Notes: generated from the sequence alone by a model not told the origin. Positions 7,366 to 16,876 are shown, counted from the first letter of the stretch. The stretch is 64,000 nucleotides of DNA from Thermoplasmata archaeon (GCA_021819135.1 JAKASE010000005.1:25882-89881); one strand, 5' to 3'. Made by a program: numbers and translations.

Positions 7366-8511
7366 GTGAAGCGAGTGGTGGTGCTGGGAGGAGGGATCGG
7401 CGGAACGACGGTGGCGAACCGGATTCGCAAGGCGCTCGAGGGCGAGGTCGCGAGCGGGCAGGTCCAGGTCCAGCTCGTGGATCGGGAGGGGGTCCACGCC
7501 TACCAGCCGGGCTACCTCATGGTCGTCTTCGAGAAGATGCGCCCGGAGGAGACCCGCCGGGACGAGAGCTTGCTCCTCCACAAGTCGATCCAGCTCGTCA
7601 AGGGCGAGGTCGAGAAGGTCGACGGGGCCGCCAACAAGATCGTGCTCAAGGGCGGCAAGGACCTTCCCTACGACATCCTGGTCATCGCGAGCGGTTCGGT
7701 GATCCACCCGGAGCTCACGCCCGGGTTCGTCGAGGGGGCGCACAGCTTCTACGACCTCGAGAACGCGCAGAAGCTCCGGGGCGCCCTGCACGGATTCACC
7801 GGCGGCAAGATCGTGATCTCGGTCGCCGGGATGCCCTACAAGTGCCCGGTCGCCCCGCTCGAGGTGACGTTCATGCTCGACGACTACCTCCGCAACCGCG
7901 GGATCCGCGACAAGTGCGAGATCCACTACACCTACCCGATCCCGAAGGTCTTCGGGATCGACACGGTCGCCCAGCCGATGCAGCGCCTGATGGGGGAGCG
8001 CGGGATCACCGTGCACATCCCGTTCAACGTCGACAAGATCGACCCGGCGGCGAAGAGCATGAAGTCGGTCGAGGGGGACACCCTCCCCTACGACCTCCTG
8101 ATCGCGATCCCGCCCCACCGCGGCGCCGACTTCGTGGGCGCCTCGGGGCTCGGCGACAAGGGGAACTGGATCCCGACCGACCGCTACAGCCTGAAGGCGG
8201 ACGGCCGCGAGAACATCTTCGTGCTCGGGGACGCCACCAACATCCCGATCTCGAAGGCGGGAAGCACGGCGGACTACGAGGCCGAGGTCGTGACGCAGAA
8301 CGTCGCGTCGATGGTCCGGGGAGAGGCCCCCACCGCGCGGTACGAGGGCCGCGTCTACTGCTGGATCATGACCGGGCTCGCGCAGGCGACGTACATCAAG
8401 TTCGACTATCTCCATCCGCCGCACCCACCGACCCCGTCGTTCGCGCACTACTGGAACAAGGTGATCTACAACCGCACCTACTGGGACCTCACGGCGCGGG
8501 CGCTGTTCTGA
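7366..8511 (+). CDS. sqr: Sulfide:quinone oxidoreductase-like flavoprotein (type III-like)
   Basis: GTG after GGAGG. VVLGGGIGG, YQPG, KCPVAP and VYCW cysteine pair, GDAT..KAGSTA; followed by a DUF1641 gene. Confidence 0.85.
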   Translation: MKRVVVLGGGIGGTTVANRIRKALEGEVASGQVQVQLVDREGVHAYQPGYLMVVFEKMRPEETRRDESLLLHKSIQLVKGEVEKVDGAANKIVLKGGKDLPYDILVIASGSVIHPELTPGFVEGAHSFYDLENAQKLRGALHGFTGGKIVISVAGMPYKCPVAPLEVTFMLDDYLRNRGIRDKCEIHYTYPIPKVFGIDTVAQPMQRLMGERGITVHIPFNVDKIDPAAKSMKSVEGDTLPYDLLIAIPPHRGADFVGASGLGDKGNWIPTDRYSLKADGRENIFVLGDATNIPISKAGSTADYEAEVVTQNVASMVRGEAPTARYEGRVYCWIMTGLAQATYIKFDYLHPPHPPTPSFAHYWNKVIYNRTYWDLTARALF

Positions 8512-8522
8512 AGGAGGCGACG

Positions 8523-9221
8523 ATGGCCAGCACTCCCGCCCCATCCGCCACGCCCCCCACGGCTCCGGGGGGACCGACTTCGCCCGACTCCACTCAGGCC
8601 CTGGTCGCGTTCGGCGAGCGTCTCGCCCGCTGGCAGGCCGACGGGACCCTCGACCGCGCGTTCTCGCTCTTCGAGGGCGCCGTCGGGATCAGCGACGCCA
8701 TCACCGACCGGATGCTGAGCTCGGCCGGCTCGACCCTCGTGGGCGCGCTCTCGCTCCTCGACTGGGTCGCGCAGGACGAGAAACGCCGGGACGCGCTGCT
8801 GTTCCTGATCGATCGGGTCGCCGAATGGAAGGAGACCGGCGCGCTCGACACGCTCGTCACCCTCGCCGAGGGCCTGGTCGGCGTCGCCCAGGCGACCACC
8901 GACCACATGGTCGCCCATGCCGGCGGCTCGGCGGTCGGGTGGGTCCAGTTCATCGAGTCGCTGCCCCCGAAGGAGCAGATGGAGCCGCTCGTCCAGGCGG
9001 CCGTCAAGGCGGCGCCGACGCTCGCGCTCCTCTCGGACTCCACGACGGTCCTCGCCGACCCCCGGGCCCGCGAGGAAGCGGTCCGCGCGGTCCCCGACGT
9101 CTCGGGGGTCTTCGCGATCGGGCGCGCCCTCCGCGACCCCGAGACGCAGCGCGGGCTGAAGGTGCTCCTCGTGCTCCTGAAGCAGCTCGGTCGGTCCACC
9201 GCCGGGACCGCGCCCCGCTAG
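8523..9221 (+). CDS. DUF1641-domain protein (SQR partner) with internal 65-aa repeat
   Basis: C-terminal GRALRDPETQRGLKVLL..LKQLG; position directly after sqr; AGGAGG RBS. Confidence 0.8.
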   Translation: MASTPAPSATPPTAPGGPTSPDSTQALVAFGERLARWQADGTLDRAFSLFEGAVGISDAITDRMLSSAGSTLVGALSLLDWVAQDEKRRDALLFLIDRVAEWKETGALDTLVTLAEGLVGVAQATTDHMVAHAGGSAVGWVQFIESLPPKEQMEPLVQAAVKAAPTLALLSDSTTVLADPRAREEAVRAVPDVSGVFAIGRALRDPETQRGLKVLLVLLKQLGRSTAGTAPR

Positions 9222-9242
9222 GCCGACCGGGGTCCCCGGCGC

Positions 9243-10367
9243 CTAGCTCGACGCCGGGACGAGGGCCGCCGCCGCGAGGATCGTCTCGACGAGGTCGTCA
9301 GGCGTCGCTCCCACGAGCGTGACGCCGCAGCCCCGGTACCAGTCCCAGACGGTCCGCCCGATGTCGACCCGCACCAGCGGGACGCCGGCGAGCGCCGACT
9401 CGAGCTGCTCGAGGCAGCCCTCGAACGGCTGGGTGAAGAAGTCCCCCGAGACCTGCAGCTCGAGGAGCCGCCCGTGCCGGTGGAGGAGCGTGACGCGCAC
9501 GAGCTTGCCCGCCTTGCGGTCCGCCCGCGCGACCACCGTGTCGTTCGCGATCTTCACCGCCCGGCCGTCCTCGGCGGACGTGCCGATCGCGGGGTGCGCC
9601 CGGTCCCGGCGGAAGGTCCACGCGTCGTCCGACCGGGTCCGGACGAGACGGTCGAGCGCGGCCGACTCCTCCTCCGTGAGCGGCCCGGGCTCGAGCGGCA
9701 CCCCGAGGGCCCGCGCGTACTCCTCCCGGAGGATCGCCACGACCCGGTCGCGGTCCGGGAACGCGCCGGTGACCGCCTTGACACTCGTGAGCCAGTCCGA
9801 CATCCCGGTCGCGAGCTTCCCCCGGAACTTCTCGTCCGGCACGTTGAGCACGCGGCTCATCGCCGCGATATCGAGATCGAGCAGGATGTCCCCGGCGAGG
9901 ACCCAGCTCTCCTCGAGCGTGGTCGCCCCGTTCGCGCTGACCTTGCGCCCGCCGGCCGCGAGGTCGTTCACCCCGGACGGCTCCGCGGTGACGCCGAGCC
10001 GGGCGAGGGCGGCCCGCACGGGCGCAAGGTAGTGCGCGTAGAACCCGGCGACCGTTCCCTCGGTGCCCGGAGCGCCGTGGGGGACGACCACCATGTAGTC
10101 CTGCTCCCACGGGCCGTCCAGGATCGCCCCGCCCCCCACCACCCGCCGGACCACGGGGATCCCGCTCGTGCGGCAGTAGTCGAGGTCGACCTCCCGCTCC
10201 GCTTCCTGGTGGAACCCGACGTTCGCGAACGGGGCCTTCGGGTACAGGGCGAGGACCGTCGGCGGGGACCGTCCGGCCCCCACCGGGCCCGCGAGCGCGA
10301 CGAACGTGTTGACCATCGTCGCGCCGTCGACCGCCCCGAGGTCGAGCCAGCGCCACGCGTCGGGCAT
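9243..10367 (-). CDS. lplA: Lipoate-protein ligase, sHdr-associated sLpl(AB)-type (catalytic plus C-terminal accessory domain)
   Basis: VGFHQ, VVRRVVGGGAIL, VNDL..GRKVSANG, VPDEKFRGK, C-terminal KAGKLVRV..VSGDFF; last gene of the shdr operon. Confidence 0.9.
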   Translation of the reverse strand: MPDAWRWLDLGAVDGATMVNTFVALAGPVGAGRSPPTVLALYPKAPFANVGFHQEAEREVDLDYCRTSGIPVVRRVVGGGAILDGPWEQDYMVVVPHGAPGTEGTVAGFYAHYLAPVRAALARLGVTAEPSGVNDLAAGGRKVSANGATTLEESWVLAGDILLDLDIAAMSRVLNVPDEKFRGKLATGMSDWLTSVKAVTGAFPDRDRVVAILREEYARALGVPLEPGPLTEEESAALDRLVRTRSDDAWTFRRDRAHPAIGTSAEDGRAVKIANDTVVARADRKAGKLVRVTLLHRHGRLLELQVSGDFFTQPFEGCLEQLESALAGVPLVRVDIGRTVWDWYRGCGVTLVGATPDDLVETILAAAALVPASS

Positions 10368-10387
10368 CGCGCCCCTCCGCACCGGGC

Positions 10388-10795
10388 CTAGAACGAGACG
10401 ACCGAGTCCGCCTCGAGGGCGAGGTCGGCCATCGTCGCGGACCCGACCAGCTTCACGCCGTCGATCAGGTCACCGGGCGCGATCTCGCAGAGGTCGCGGC
10501 AGCTCTCGGCGCAGGCGAGGAACTTGACGCCGTTCTCGAGCGCCATGTCGAGGAACATCTTGAGGTTCCCGCCCTTCTTGAGGGGGACCTTCTCGGCCGC
10601 CCCCTTTCGCAGCAGCTCGGGGGCGTGCATCAGGAAGTACATCGTCGTGTCGATCTCCATCGCGGCCATCAGGGCGGCGGTGTAGAACGGCGCGTAGGTC
10701 TTGTCCGGGTCCTCCGGCCCGGTCGTCATGATCATCAGGATCTTCTTGCCCGCGTTGTCGGGCGGGCTCGCCTCGGGGGTCGTCGCGTCGCTCAC
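10388..10795 (-). CDS. dsrE: DsrE-family (DsrE3-like) sulfurtransferase in shdr operon
   Basis: TTGPEDP..YAPF..A, GVKFLAC, VGSATM; lies between lbpA and the ligase. Confidence 0.85.
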   Translation of the reverse strand: MSDATTPEASPPDNAGKKILMIMTTGPEDPDKTYAPFYTAALMAAMEIDTTMYFLMHAPELLRKGAAEKVPLKKGGNLKMFLDMALENGVKFLACAESCRDLCEIAPGDLIDGVKLVGSATMADLALEADSVVSF

Positions 10796-10808
10796 GGCCC
10801 GTCACCCC

Positions 10809-11258
10809 TCAGGTCTGGCATCGCAGGCACCGGATATTGTCCTTCTCGAGGATCTCCTTGAACCGGGCGAGCGCCGACTCCCCCGAGAGGAGCGTCGCGA
10901 GCTCGGCCGGGGCGGCCGGGGTCATCCGGACGATCCAGCCCTTGCCGTACGGGTCCGTGTTGAGGAGGGAGGGGTCCTTCTCGACCTCGGGGTTCGACTC
11001 GGTCACGGTCCCCGCCACCGGGGCCATGACCGGACCGGCCCACTTGCCGCTCTCGACCGTCGCGATCGGCTTGCCGCGCTCCCGGACCGTGCCGGCCGCC
11101 TTCACGCGGATATGCAGGACCTTGCCCGCCCGCGTCTGCGCCGGGTCGGTGAGGCCGATCCGGATCTGGTCGCCCTCCACCTTGACCCACGTCATCTGGG
11201 TGCGTTCGACGAAATACGACCGATCCTCGGGGAACTCGCATCCGTTCAATATCGCCAT
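10809..11258 (-). CDS. lbpA: Lipoate-binding protein LbpA (GcvH-like)
   Basis: ATVESGKW lipoyl-Lys motif, N-DPYG-GW, and the N-terminal (NGC) and C-terminal (IRC) cysteines that distinguish LbpA from GcvH. Confidence 0.92.
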   Translation of the reverse strand: MAILNGCEFPEDRSYFVERTQMTWVKVEGDQIRIGLTDPAQTRAGKVLHIRVKAAGTVRERGKPIATVESGKWAGPVMAPVAGTVTESNPEVEKDPSLLNTDPYGKGWIVRMTPAAPAELATLLSGESALARFKEILEKDNIRCLRCQT

Positions 11259-11266
11259 GGACCGCC

Positions 11267-12205
11267 TCAGGAGTACCCTCGCGACCTCAGGAACAGGTCC
11301 GGTCGGGAAAAGTTGTCGGAGAGCCGGGCCTCGCGGAGCGAGGAGCCGAACGCGAGGCTCATCAGCTGGGTGAAGTAGGCGACGGGCCGGATCACGTCGT
11401 CGCCGTACTCGGCCCGGATCCGGTCGAGGTGGTTCTCGATGTTGATCTGGCCGAGGGGACAGATCGTCGCGACGACGTCCGCGCCGGCGCGCTTCGCCTC
11501 GTGGAGGACCGAGGCGCTGAACGCGACGGAGACCTCGAGATCGCTGAGCGCGTGGCCCCCGCCGCAGCAGATCGTCTTCGCCGAGTAGTCGGTGACGACC
11601 TTCGCCCCGCAGGCGATGAGGAGCTCGTCGAGGAAGTGGGGATGCTCCGGGTCGTCCGTCCCGGGGGTCTTCCCCACGCCCGTGTAGCGCTTCGGGCGGG
11701 TGTAGAGGCACCCGTAGTACGGGGCGACCGTGAGGCCCTCGAGCGGGCGCCGTACGGCCGCCCGGACCCGGTCGGGCCCGGCCCGCCGGTAGATGAACTC
11801 GAGGACGTGCTGGACCGAGGCGTTCCCGTCGTACTCGGGGGAACCGCCCCGGGCGAGCGTCGAATTGATCCGGCCCCGGGTCGCCTCGTCCTGAACGGCG
11901 TCATTCGCGCGCGTCAGCGAGTAGACGCACCCGCTGCAGGCGGCGACGACCTCGTTCCGCCCCATCGAGCGGGCGAGCGCGAGGTTCCGCGCCGGGAGCG
12001 CGACCGACACGTCCTGGCTCAGGTTCTTCACCTCGGTCGCGCCGCAGCAGTTGTAGTCGACGATCCGATCGAGAGAGAGCCCGAGGCTCTTTAGGACCTG
12101 GCGGCTCGAGATCTCGTAGGCCTTCCCGAGGCCGTCGAGCGAGCAGCCCGGGTAGTAGGCCGGCACCGGGTCGCTCGGACCCCGGGACGGGACCGCCCCG
12201 CTCAT
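11267..12205 (-). CDS. shdrB2: Sulfur-oxidizing heterodisulfide reductase-like subunit B2
   Basis: YYPGC, YNCCGA, YYGC..RP and CCGGG CCG domains; ATGA overlap with C2. Confidence 0.92.
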   Translation of the reverse strand: MSGAVPSRGPSDPVPAYYPGCSLDGLGKAYEISSRQVLKSLGLSLDRIVDYNCCGATEVKNLSQDVSVALPARNLALARSMGRNEVVAACSGCVYSLTRANDAVQDEATRGRINSTLARGGSPEYDGNASVQHVLEFIYRRAGPDRVRAAVRRPLEGLTVAPYYGCLYTRPKRYTGVGKTPGTDDPEHPHFLDELLIACGAKVVTDYSAKTICCGGGHALSDLEVSVAFSASVLHEAKRAGADVVATICPLGQINIENHLDRIRAEYGDDVIRPVAYFTQLMSLAFGSSLREARLSDNFSRPDLFLRSRGYS

Positions 12206-12927
12206 CGGGGCCCTCCCGCCGGGGGACCTCGGGACCTCGGGGCGTGGGCCCGGTCGTCCTCGGCGAGCTGCGCCTCGAGGACGGACCGCATCCGAGACCA
12301 GCCGCGCGTGCGGTGCGCGAGGGGCCCGGTGTGCAAACGTCCGCTCTTGAGGAGCGTCCAGGCCATCCGCAGCAGCTCGCGCGTGGGGGTCTTGCGGCCC
12401 TCGAGCCGCTCGTACTCGCGGAACAGCTCCGCCTCGTCGAGCACGCCCCGGCGCAGAAGGTTCTTGGTGTACGCTCGGTCGAACCGGTCCGCCGGGCTCT
12501 CCGGCGCGGCCCCGGTCGCCGTGAGGTAGCTCCCGATGCGGTGGACGACCTCCTCGACCTTGACGCCCTTGGGGCAGCGCTCGACGCACTTGTTGCAGGA
12601 GACGCACCGCCAGATCGTCGTGGCGTACTTCCGCAGCTCCTCCTCGTATCCGATCTGGGCGAGGTAGATGAAATACCGAGGATTGAAGTCGGTGAGGCCG
12701 TAGTCGGTGTGCATGCAGCAGCCGGCGGTGCAGGTGCCGCACTGCCAGCAGCGGGAGATCGTCTCCCCCTGCGGCTCGCCCTTCACCCAGTCGAGGATCC
12801 GCGCGTCGAGGTCGCTCGAGACCCGCGACTTGAGGAACGTGTTCCAGTCGCCCGAGACGTCGATCCCGTCGACCTCGAGCGTCTCGGTCCGCTCCACCTC
12901 GACCAGCGACTTCTCAACGATCGGCAT
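12202..12927 (-). CDS. shdrC2: sHdr subunit C2 (ferredoxin-like)
   Basis: MPIVEKSL..VDGIDVSGDWNTF N-terminus, CWQCGTCTAGC, CVSCNKCVERCP. Confidence 0.92.
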   Translation of the reverse strand: MPIVEKSLVEVERTETLEVDGIDVSGDWNTFLKSRVSSDLDARILDWVKGEPQGETISRCWQCGTCTAGCCMHTDYGLTDFNPRYFIYLAQIGYEEELRKYATTIWRCVSCNKCVERCPKGVKVEEVVHRIGSYLTATGAAPESPADRFDRAYTKNLLRRGVLDEAELFREYERLEGRKTPTRELLRMAWTLLKSGRLHTGPLAHRTRGWSRMRSVLEAQLAEDDRAHAPRSRGPPAGGPR

Positions 12928-13630
12928 CGGATAGGCGCCTCCGGACACCGAGGACGATCGTGGCGAGGGGGAACGCTCCGGGAAGGAGCCGTTCGATCCC
13001 GCCCCCTTGAAAGCTGCGGTCGACCGCTTCCGCGAGCCGGCCCGCATAGGTGAGCGCGAGGAGGACATCGACCGCAGCGAACGTCGTGGAGGGGAACCCG
13101 AGCGCGTCGAGCTCGAGGCGGACCTCGGCGAGTCGCGCCTGGGTCCCGGCGTAGGTCTCGGGGGCCGCTCCGCCGAACTCACCGAGGATCCCGGTGCGGC
13201 GCCCCGGGTTCCAGACCCATCGGGCGAGGTGCGCGAGCCGGTCCGGCGCCGCTCCGTGGAGGAGCTCGCTCGCGAGATCGAGCCGCGCCTCGAGCGGCCC
13301 GCCCCCGAGGCGTTCGGCGACCCGGGGAAGGTCCTCCGGACCGAATCGGCCCGCTCGCGCGTCCCGCACGATCGTACGGACCGTCTCCGACCCCGTCGAT
13401 CGCTCGATCTCCGGCCGGTACGGCCGGGTCGAGACGACCCCGGCGAGGACCGACGAGAACGCCGCGGAAAAGCGGTCCTCCGGGACCGTCTCGAGCGCGG
13501 CCACGGCCCGGAACTTCTCGCCGACGGCGGACTCGAGCCGGTTCACGGTCTCGGCCCCGCAGGGGAGCACCCGCTCCCGGAACGCCCGGGCCACGAGCGA
13601 CGGGTCGGCGCCGAGGCTCGACCCGGCCAT
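12914..13630 (-). CDS. shdrH: sHdr-associated conserved protein H (hyp)
   Basis: Position between hdrA and hdrC2; DLASELLH..P, RWVW...TG, DVLLA..Y motifs. Confidence 0.82.
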   Translation of the reverse strand: MAGSSLGADPSLVARAFRERVLPCGAETVNRLESAVGEKFRAVAALETVPEDRFSAAFSSVLAGVVSTRPYRPEIERSTGSETVRTIVRDARAGRFGPEDLPRVAERLGGGPLEARLDLASELLHGAAPDRLAHLARWVWNPGRRTGILGEFGGAAPETYAGTQARLAEVRLELDALGFPSTTFAAVDVLLALTYAGRLAEAVDRSFQGGGIERLLPGAFPLATIVLGVRRRLSDADR

Positions 13631-13637
13631 CCTCCCC

Positions 13638-14675
13638 TCAGTCCCGAGCATACTGGTAGGCCCGGAGCGCCGCTCCCATCCCCTCCGTGACCGCATCCGG
13701 TATCGCCTTCGGCCCGGTCGCGGCCCCGGCGAGGAAGAGCCCGGGGATCCCCGAATCGACCGGGTTGAGGTCCGACTCCCGGGGTGTGAGGAACCCCTCG
13801 GGTCCGACCGGGAGTCCGAAGAGGGAGGCGACGTCGCGGGTTCCGGCGCTCGGCTCCATGCCGCTCGCGAGGATGATCATGTCGAACGGCACCTCGGTCG
13901 GCCGGCTCAGGATCGTGTCCTCGCCGGTCGCGAGGAGGCGCGAGCCTCCCTCGGCGAGCGTCACCTGGCCGATGCGGCCCCGGATGAACTTCACGCCGTG
14001 GTCCTGCATCGACTTCCAGTAGAGGTCCTCCCAGAGGCCGTAGGTTCGGATGTCCATGTAGTAGACGTAGGCGTCGATCTCGGGGTGCTTCTGCCGGACC
14101 TCGACCGCCTGCTTGATGCTCACGACGCAGCCCATCCGGCAGCACCAGGGGTTCCCCACCTGGACATCGCGCGAGCCCACGCAGAGGATCCACGCGATCC
14201 GCTTCGGCGGCTGGCCGTCCGACGGGCGGACGATCCGGTCCTCGTGGAGCATCTTCTCGACCTCCTTGAAGTCGAGGACGTCCGGGTACCGGCCGTAGCC
14301 GTACTCGAACTTGCGACGGGAATCGAAGTGGTCGAAGCCGGTCGCGAGGATGACCGCGGAGACCTCCCGGGTCTCGACCGTGTCGGCGTTCTTGAGGCCG
14401 ACCCGGTAGCCCTTCGCCGAGCGCTCGGCCGAGACGAGGGTCGTGCCGAGGCGACGCTCGATCGACGCGCTCCCTTCGACCCGACGGAGGAGCGGGCCCA
14501 TCACGTCCTCGGCCGGGTGGAGATCCGGCGCGAGCAGGGAGTACTGCCAGCGGACCGGATTGCCTCCCAGGTAGCTCTCGCGCTCGACCAGAAGGGTCGG
14601 AGCGCCGATCGCCGCGAGCTCGCCGGCGGCGCTCAGGCCGGCCGGTCCGCCCCCCAGCACGAGGATCGGGTTCAC
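13638..14675 (-). CDS. shdrA: sHdr subunit A (short FAD/[4Fe-4S] flavoprotein)
   Basis: GGGPAG, ATGFDHFD, CVGSRD..WCCRMGC..SIKQA, YMDIRTYG, GPKAIPD; 345 aa short form. Confidence 0.94.
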   Translation of the reverse strand: MNPILVLGGGPAGLSAAGELAAIGAPTLLVERESYLGGNPVRWQYSLLAPDLHPAEDVMGPLLRRVEGSASIERRLGTTLVSAERSAKGYRVGLKNADTVETREVSAVILATGFDHFDSRRKFEYGYGRYPDVLDFKEVEKMLHEDRIVRPSDGQPPKRIAWILCVGSRDVQVGNPWCCRMGCVVSIKQAVEVRQKHPEIDAYVYYMDIRTYGLWEDLYWKSMQDHGVKFIRGRIGQVTLAEGGSRLLATGEDTILSRPTEVPFDMIILASGMEPSAGTRDVASLFGLPVGPEGFLTPRESDLNPVDSGIPGLFLAGAATGPKAIPDAVTEGMGAALRAYQYARD

Positions 14676-15976
14676 TCGCGAGGCCCCCTACGAACGTCCG
14701 GGCCCGCCCCGGCGACGGGGGCGCCCGGGGCCTCGTCCGGAAGGACCTGGCCCTTGTTGACCGCGAAGAACGTCTCGATCTCGCCGTGGGCGGGATGGAG
14801 GAGCTCGGGCGCCGCGCCGCTCTGGAGGGCGCGCAGGTACTCCTGGAACTCCGCCTTCGCGCTCTTCCAGTCGATCCCCATCTTCTCGAGCAGGCCCTCG
14901 GCGGAGGCGCTGTGCCAGTGGACCTGGGCGATCTTGTACGGATGGGCGCCGAGGGCGAGCGCCGCGAACTGCACGTCGGAAAGGACGGGCAAGAGGTAGC
15001 TGAGGCCGTGGGCCTTGCCGATCCACTGGCTCTTGTCGAGCGTCGTGACGCAGCCGGTGTCGCTCGTGATCGCAACGTCGGCGTGCGCCTCCTCGACCAT
15101 CGGACGGATCTTCCGTAGGTTCGCGAACGAGCGGCTGAACTCCCGCTCGCTCAGGATGTGCCGGAAGCCGAAGCCGCAGCAGTCGTACCATGTCGAGTAG
15201 TCGGCGACCGTCGCCCCGAGCGACATCAGGATCCCGGACGGGACGGCCGGGCGCTGGCCGGCGTAGACCCGGTCGTCGTACACCGCGTCCTCGGGGACCA
15301 TCTTGTAGTAGTGGCACGGTTCGTGGACCGTCGCGACGATCCCGGTCACGCTCCGGGACTGCCGGGCGACGATCTCGGGGGTCATCGCGTGGACCCACTC
15401 CGAGTAGTGCACGATCTCCTCGGGAAGGACGAGGTCCCGGCCCATCTTCCGCAGGACCTCACGGACCTTGGTGCGGACGGCAGCGTTCTCGACCAGGAGC
15501 TTTCGCATCTCCTTGTAGTCGCCGTAGCTGGTCCCGCAGTGGATGAGGGGGAAATGGTCGGTCTCGTACGCCCGGTGGAAGTTCCGGGCCGCCACCGCCG
15601 CGAGCGCGGTCGGGTTCGACGTCGCCGTCCCGTGGTAGTTCCACGCCGTGCAGGACGTCTGGTGGGGTTCGTTGAGGTAGGTGCGGCCCGTCTCGTTCAT
15701 GAGCCAGAGGAGGGAGGACGGGTACCCCGGGATGTTCCCGCACTGGCCGCAGGACTTGTGGTGCCAGAGGCGGTCGGTCGGGATCCGCTTCGTCCAGCCG
15801 AACAGGGTCTTCGCCTCCACAGGGCGGTTCTCCGGGCGGATCCGGTGGACGATGAGCTCGCCCTTGTCCTCGAGGCGGTGCATCTCCTCGCGGACATCGA
15901 CGACCTTCTTGCCCGTCCCCTTCTGGTGGACGTTCCGTTCTTCCACGACCTTCCGGATCTCGCTCGCGCTCAGCAT
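14672..15976 (-). CDS. shdrB1: sHdr subunit B1
   Basis: KTLFGWTKRIP..LWHHKSCGQCGNIPGYP, QTSCTAWNY, WYDCCGFGFRH, DTGCVTTLDKSQ. Confidence 0.94.
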   Translation of the reverse strand: MLSASEIRKVVEERNVHQKGTGKKVVDVREEMHRLEDKGELIVHRIRPENRPVEAKTLFGWTKRIPTDRLWHHKSCGQCGNIPGYPSSLLWLMNETGRTYLNEPHQTSCTAWNYHGTATSNPTALAAVAARNFHRAYETDHFPLIHCGTSYGDYKEMRKLLVENAAVRTKVREVLRKMGRDLVLPEEIVHYSEWVHAMTPEIVARQSRSVTGIVATVHEPCHYYKMVPEDAVYDDRVYAGQRPAVPSGILMSLGATVADYSTWYDCCGFGFRHILSEREFSRSFANLRKIRPMVEEAHADVAITSDTGCVTTLDKSQWIGKAHGLSYLLPVLSDVQFAALALGAHPYKIAQVHWHSASAEGLLEKMGIDWKSAKAEFQEYLRALQSGAAPELLHPAHGEIETFFAVNKGQVLPDEAPGAPVAGAGPDVRRGPRE

Positions 15977-15993
15977 CGTCCCTCCGTTCCTCC

Positions 15994-16830
15994 CTACCCC
16001 GAGAACGTCGCCACCGTTCCCTTCATGCCGGCGAGCTCCGTCGCGAAGCGCTCCCGCGCCTCGGAGAACTCCTCCCGCCGCTCCTCGATGATGTCGATCA
16101 GCATTTCCGTGAGATCGGGGTCGAGCCCCCGGAGCATGTCGAGGACCCCGGTCTCCTCGTAGATGCGGAACAGCTCGAGCGAGGTCTGCACCGAGACCTC
16201 CCAGGAGGAGCGGGTCGTCTGGAGGACGTCGGAGGGGATCGCCTTGCGCATGATGTCGGCGCTGACGTTCCAGACCTTGTCGGAGCCGGTCGCGAACGGC
16301 CCCCAATCGCGGAAGAAGTCCGGCTGGATCATGTCGGAGGAGACCTGCGTTCCCACGGTCATGAGGAGGGTGAGCGACCGGCCGAACGGGGCGAGGGTCT
16401 TCCGGGTCGCCTCGACCCCGTGACGGACCGAAAGCTCGCGCATCACGCTGATGATCCCGGCGATGTCGTTGCCGAACCGGCAGCGCATGTTGCACGTGTA
16501 GCACTGGCAGCAGGACCAGATCTTCTCCTGAAGGGCGTCCCAGAGGGTGGTCGCGTCCCCGGTGAGGGCGATCTGGAGCATCTCGCGGGGCGAAAAGTCG
16601 TAGAACCGCGCCGCGGGGCATCCGGTCGTGCACTCCCCGCAGTTGATGCAGCCGAGCACGAACTCATGGTGCCGGGGGTCGGCTCGGAACTCCCCGAAGA
16701 TCTGCCCCGCGAGCGTCCGCTCTGCTTCCGAGAGCTTCCGCCGCCCGGTGAGCTCGAACGCGGGGGGAGCGGCGGCCTCCTCCTCGGCCAGCGAGAGCGC
16801 GCGTCGGGGAAGGTAGGCCACGATGCTCAT
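15994..16830 (-). CDS. shdrC1: sHdr subunit C1
   Basis: GCINCGECTTGCP, FYDFSPRE, IWSCCQCYTCNMRC, PDFFRDWGP. Confidence 0.93.
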   Translation of the reverse strand: MSIVAYLPRRALSLAEEEAAAPPAFELTGRRKLSEAERTLAGQIFGEFRADPRHHEFVLGCINCGECTTGCPAARFYDFSPREMLQIALTGDATTLWDALQEKIWSCCQCYTCNMRCRFGNDIAGIISVMRELSVRHGVEATRKTLAPFGRSLTLLMTVGTQVSSDMIQPDFFRDWGPFATGSDKVWNVSADIMRKAIPSDVLQTTRSSWEVSVQTSLELFRIYEETGVLDMLRGLDPDLTEMLIDIIEERREEFSEARERFATELAGMKGTVATFSG

Positions 16831-16837
16831 GATGCGG

Positions 16838-16876
16838 TGGACAATCGTCCAGAAGAGGGACCCGTGATAAGGGTTT
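16838..16876 (-). promoter_or_regulatory. shdr operon promoter: TATA/BRE-like AAACCCTTATCA (16876-16865) and palindrome TGGACAATCGTCCA (16838-16851)
   Basis: The TGGAC-N4-GTCCA palindrome has perfect 5-bp arms and lies between the TATA-like box and the ATG at 16830, over the expected transcription start. Confidence 0.7.

Noticed and set aside
10809-11258. Glycine cleavage H protein
   Set aside because: No gcvP or gcvT nearby; it has the LbpA-type terminal cysteines and lies in the shdr operon.
11267-16830. Methanogen-type HdrABC or Qmo complex
   Set aside because: The order C1-B1-A-hyp-C2-B2, the short HdrA and the linked LbpA/ligase are diagnostic of sHdr. No mvhD or QmoB-like fusion is present.
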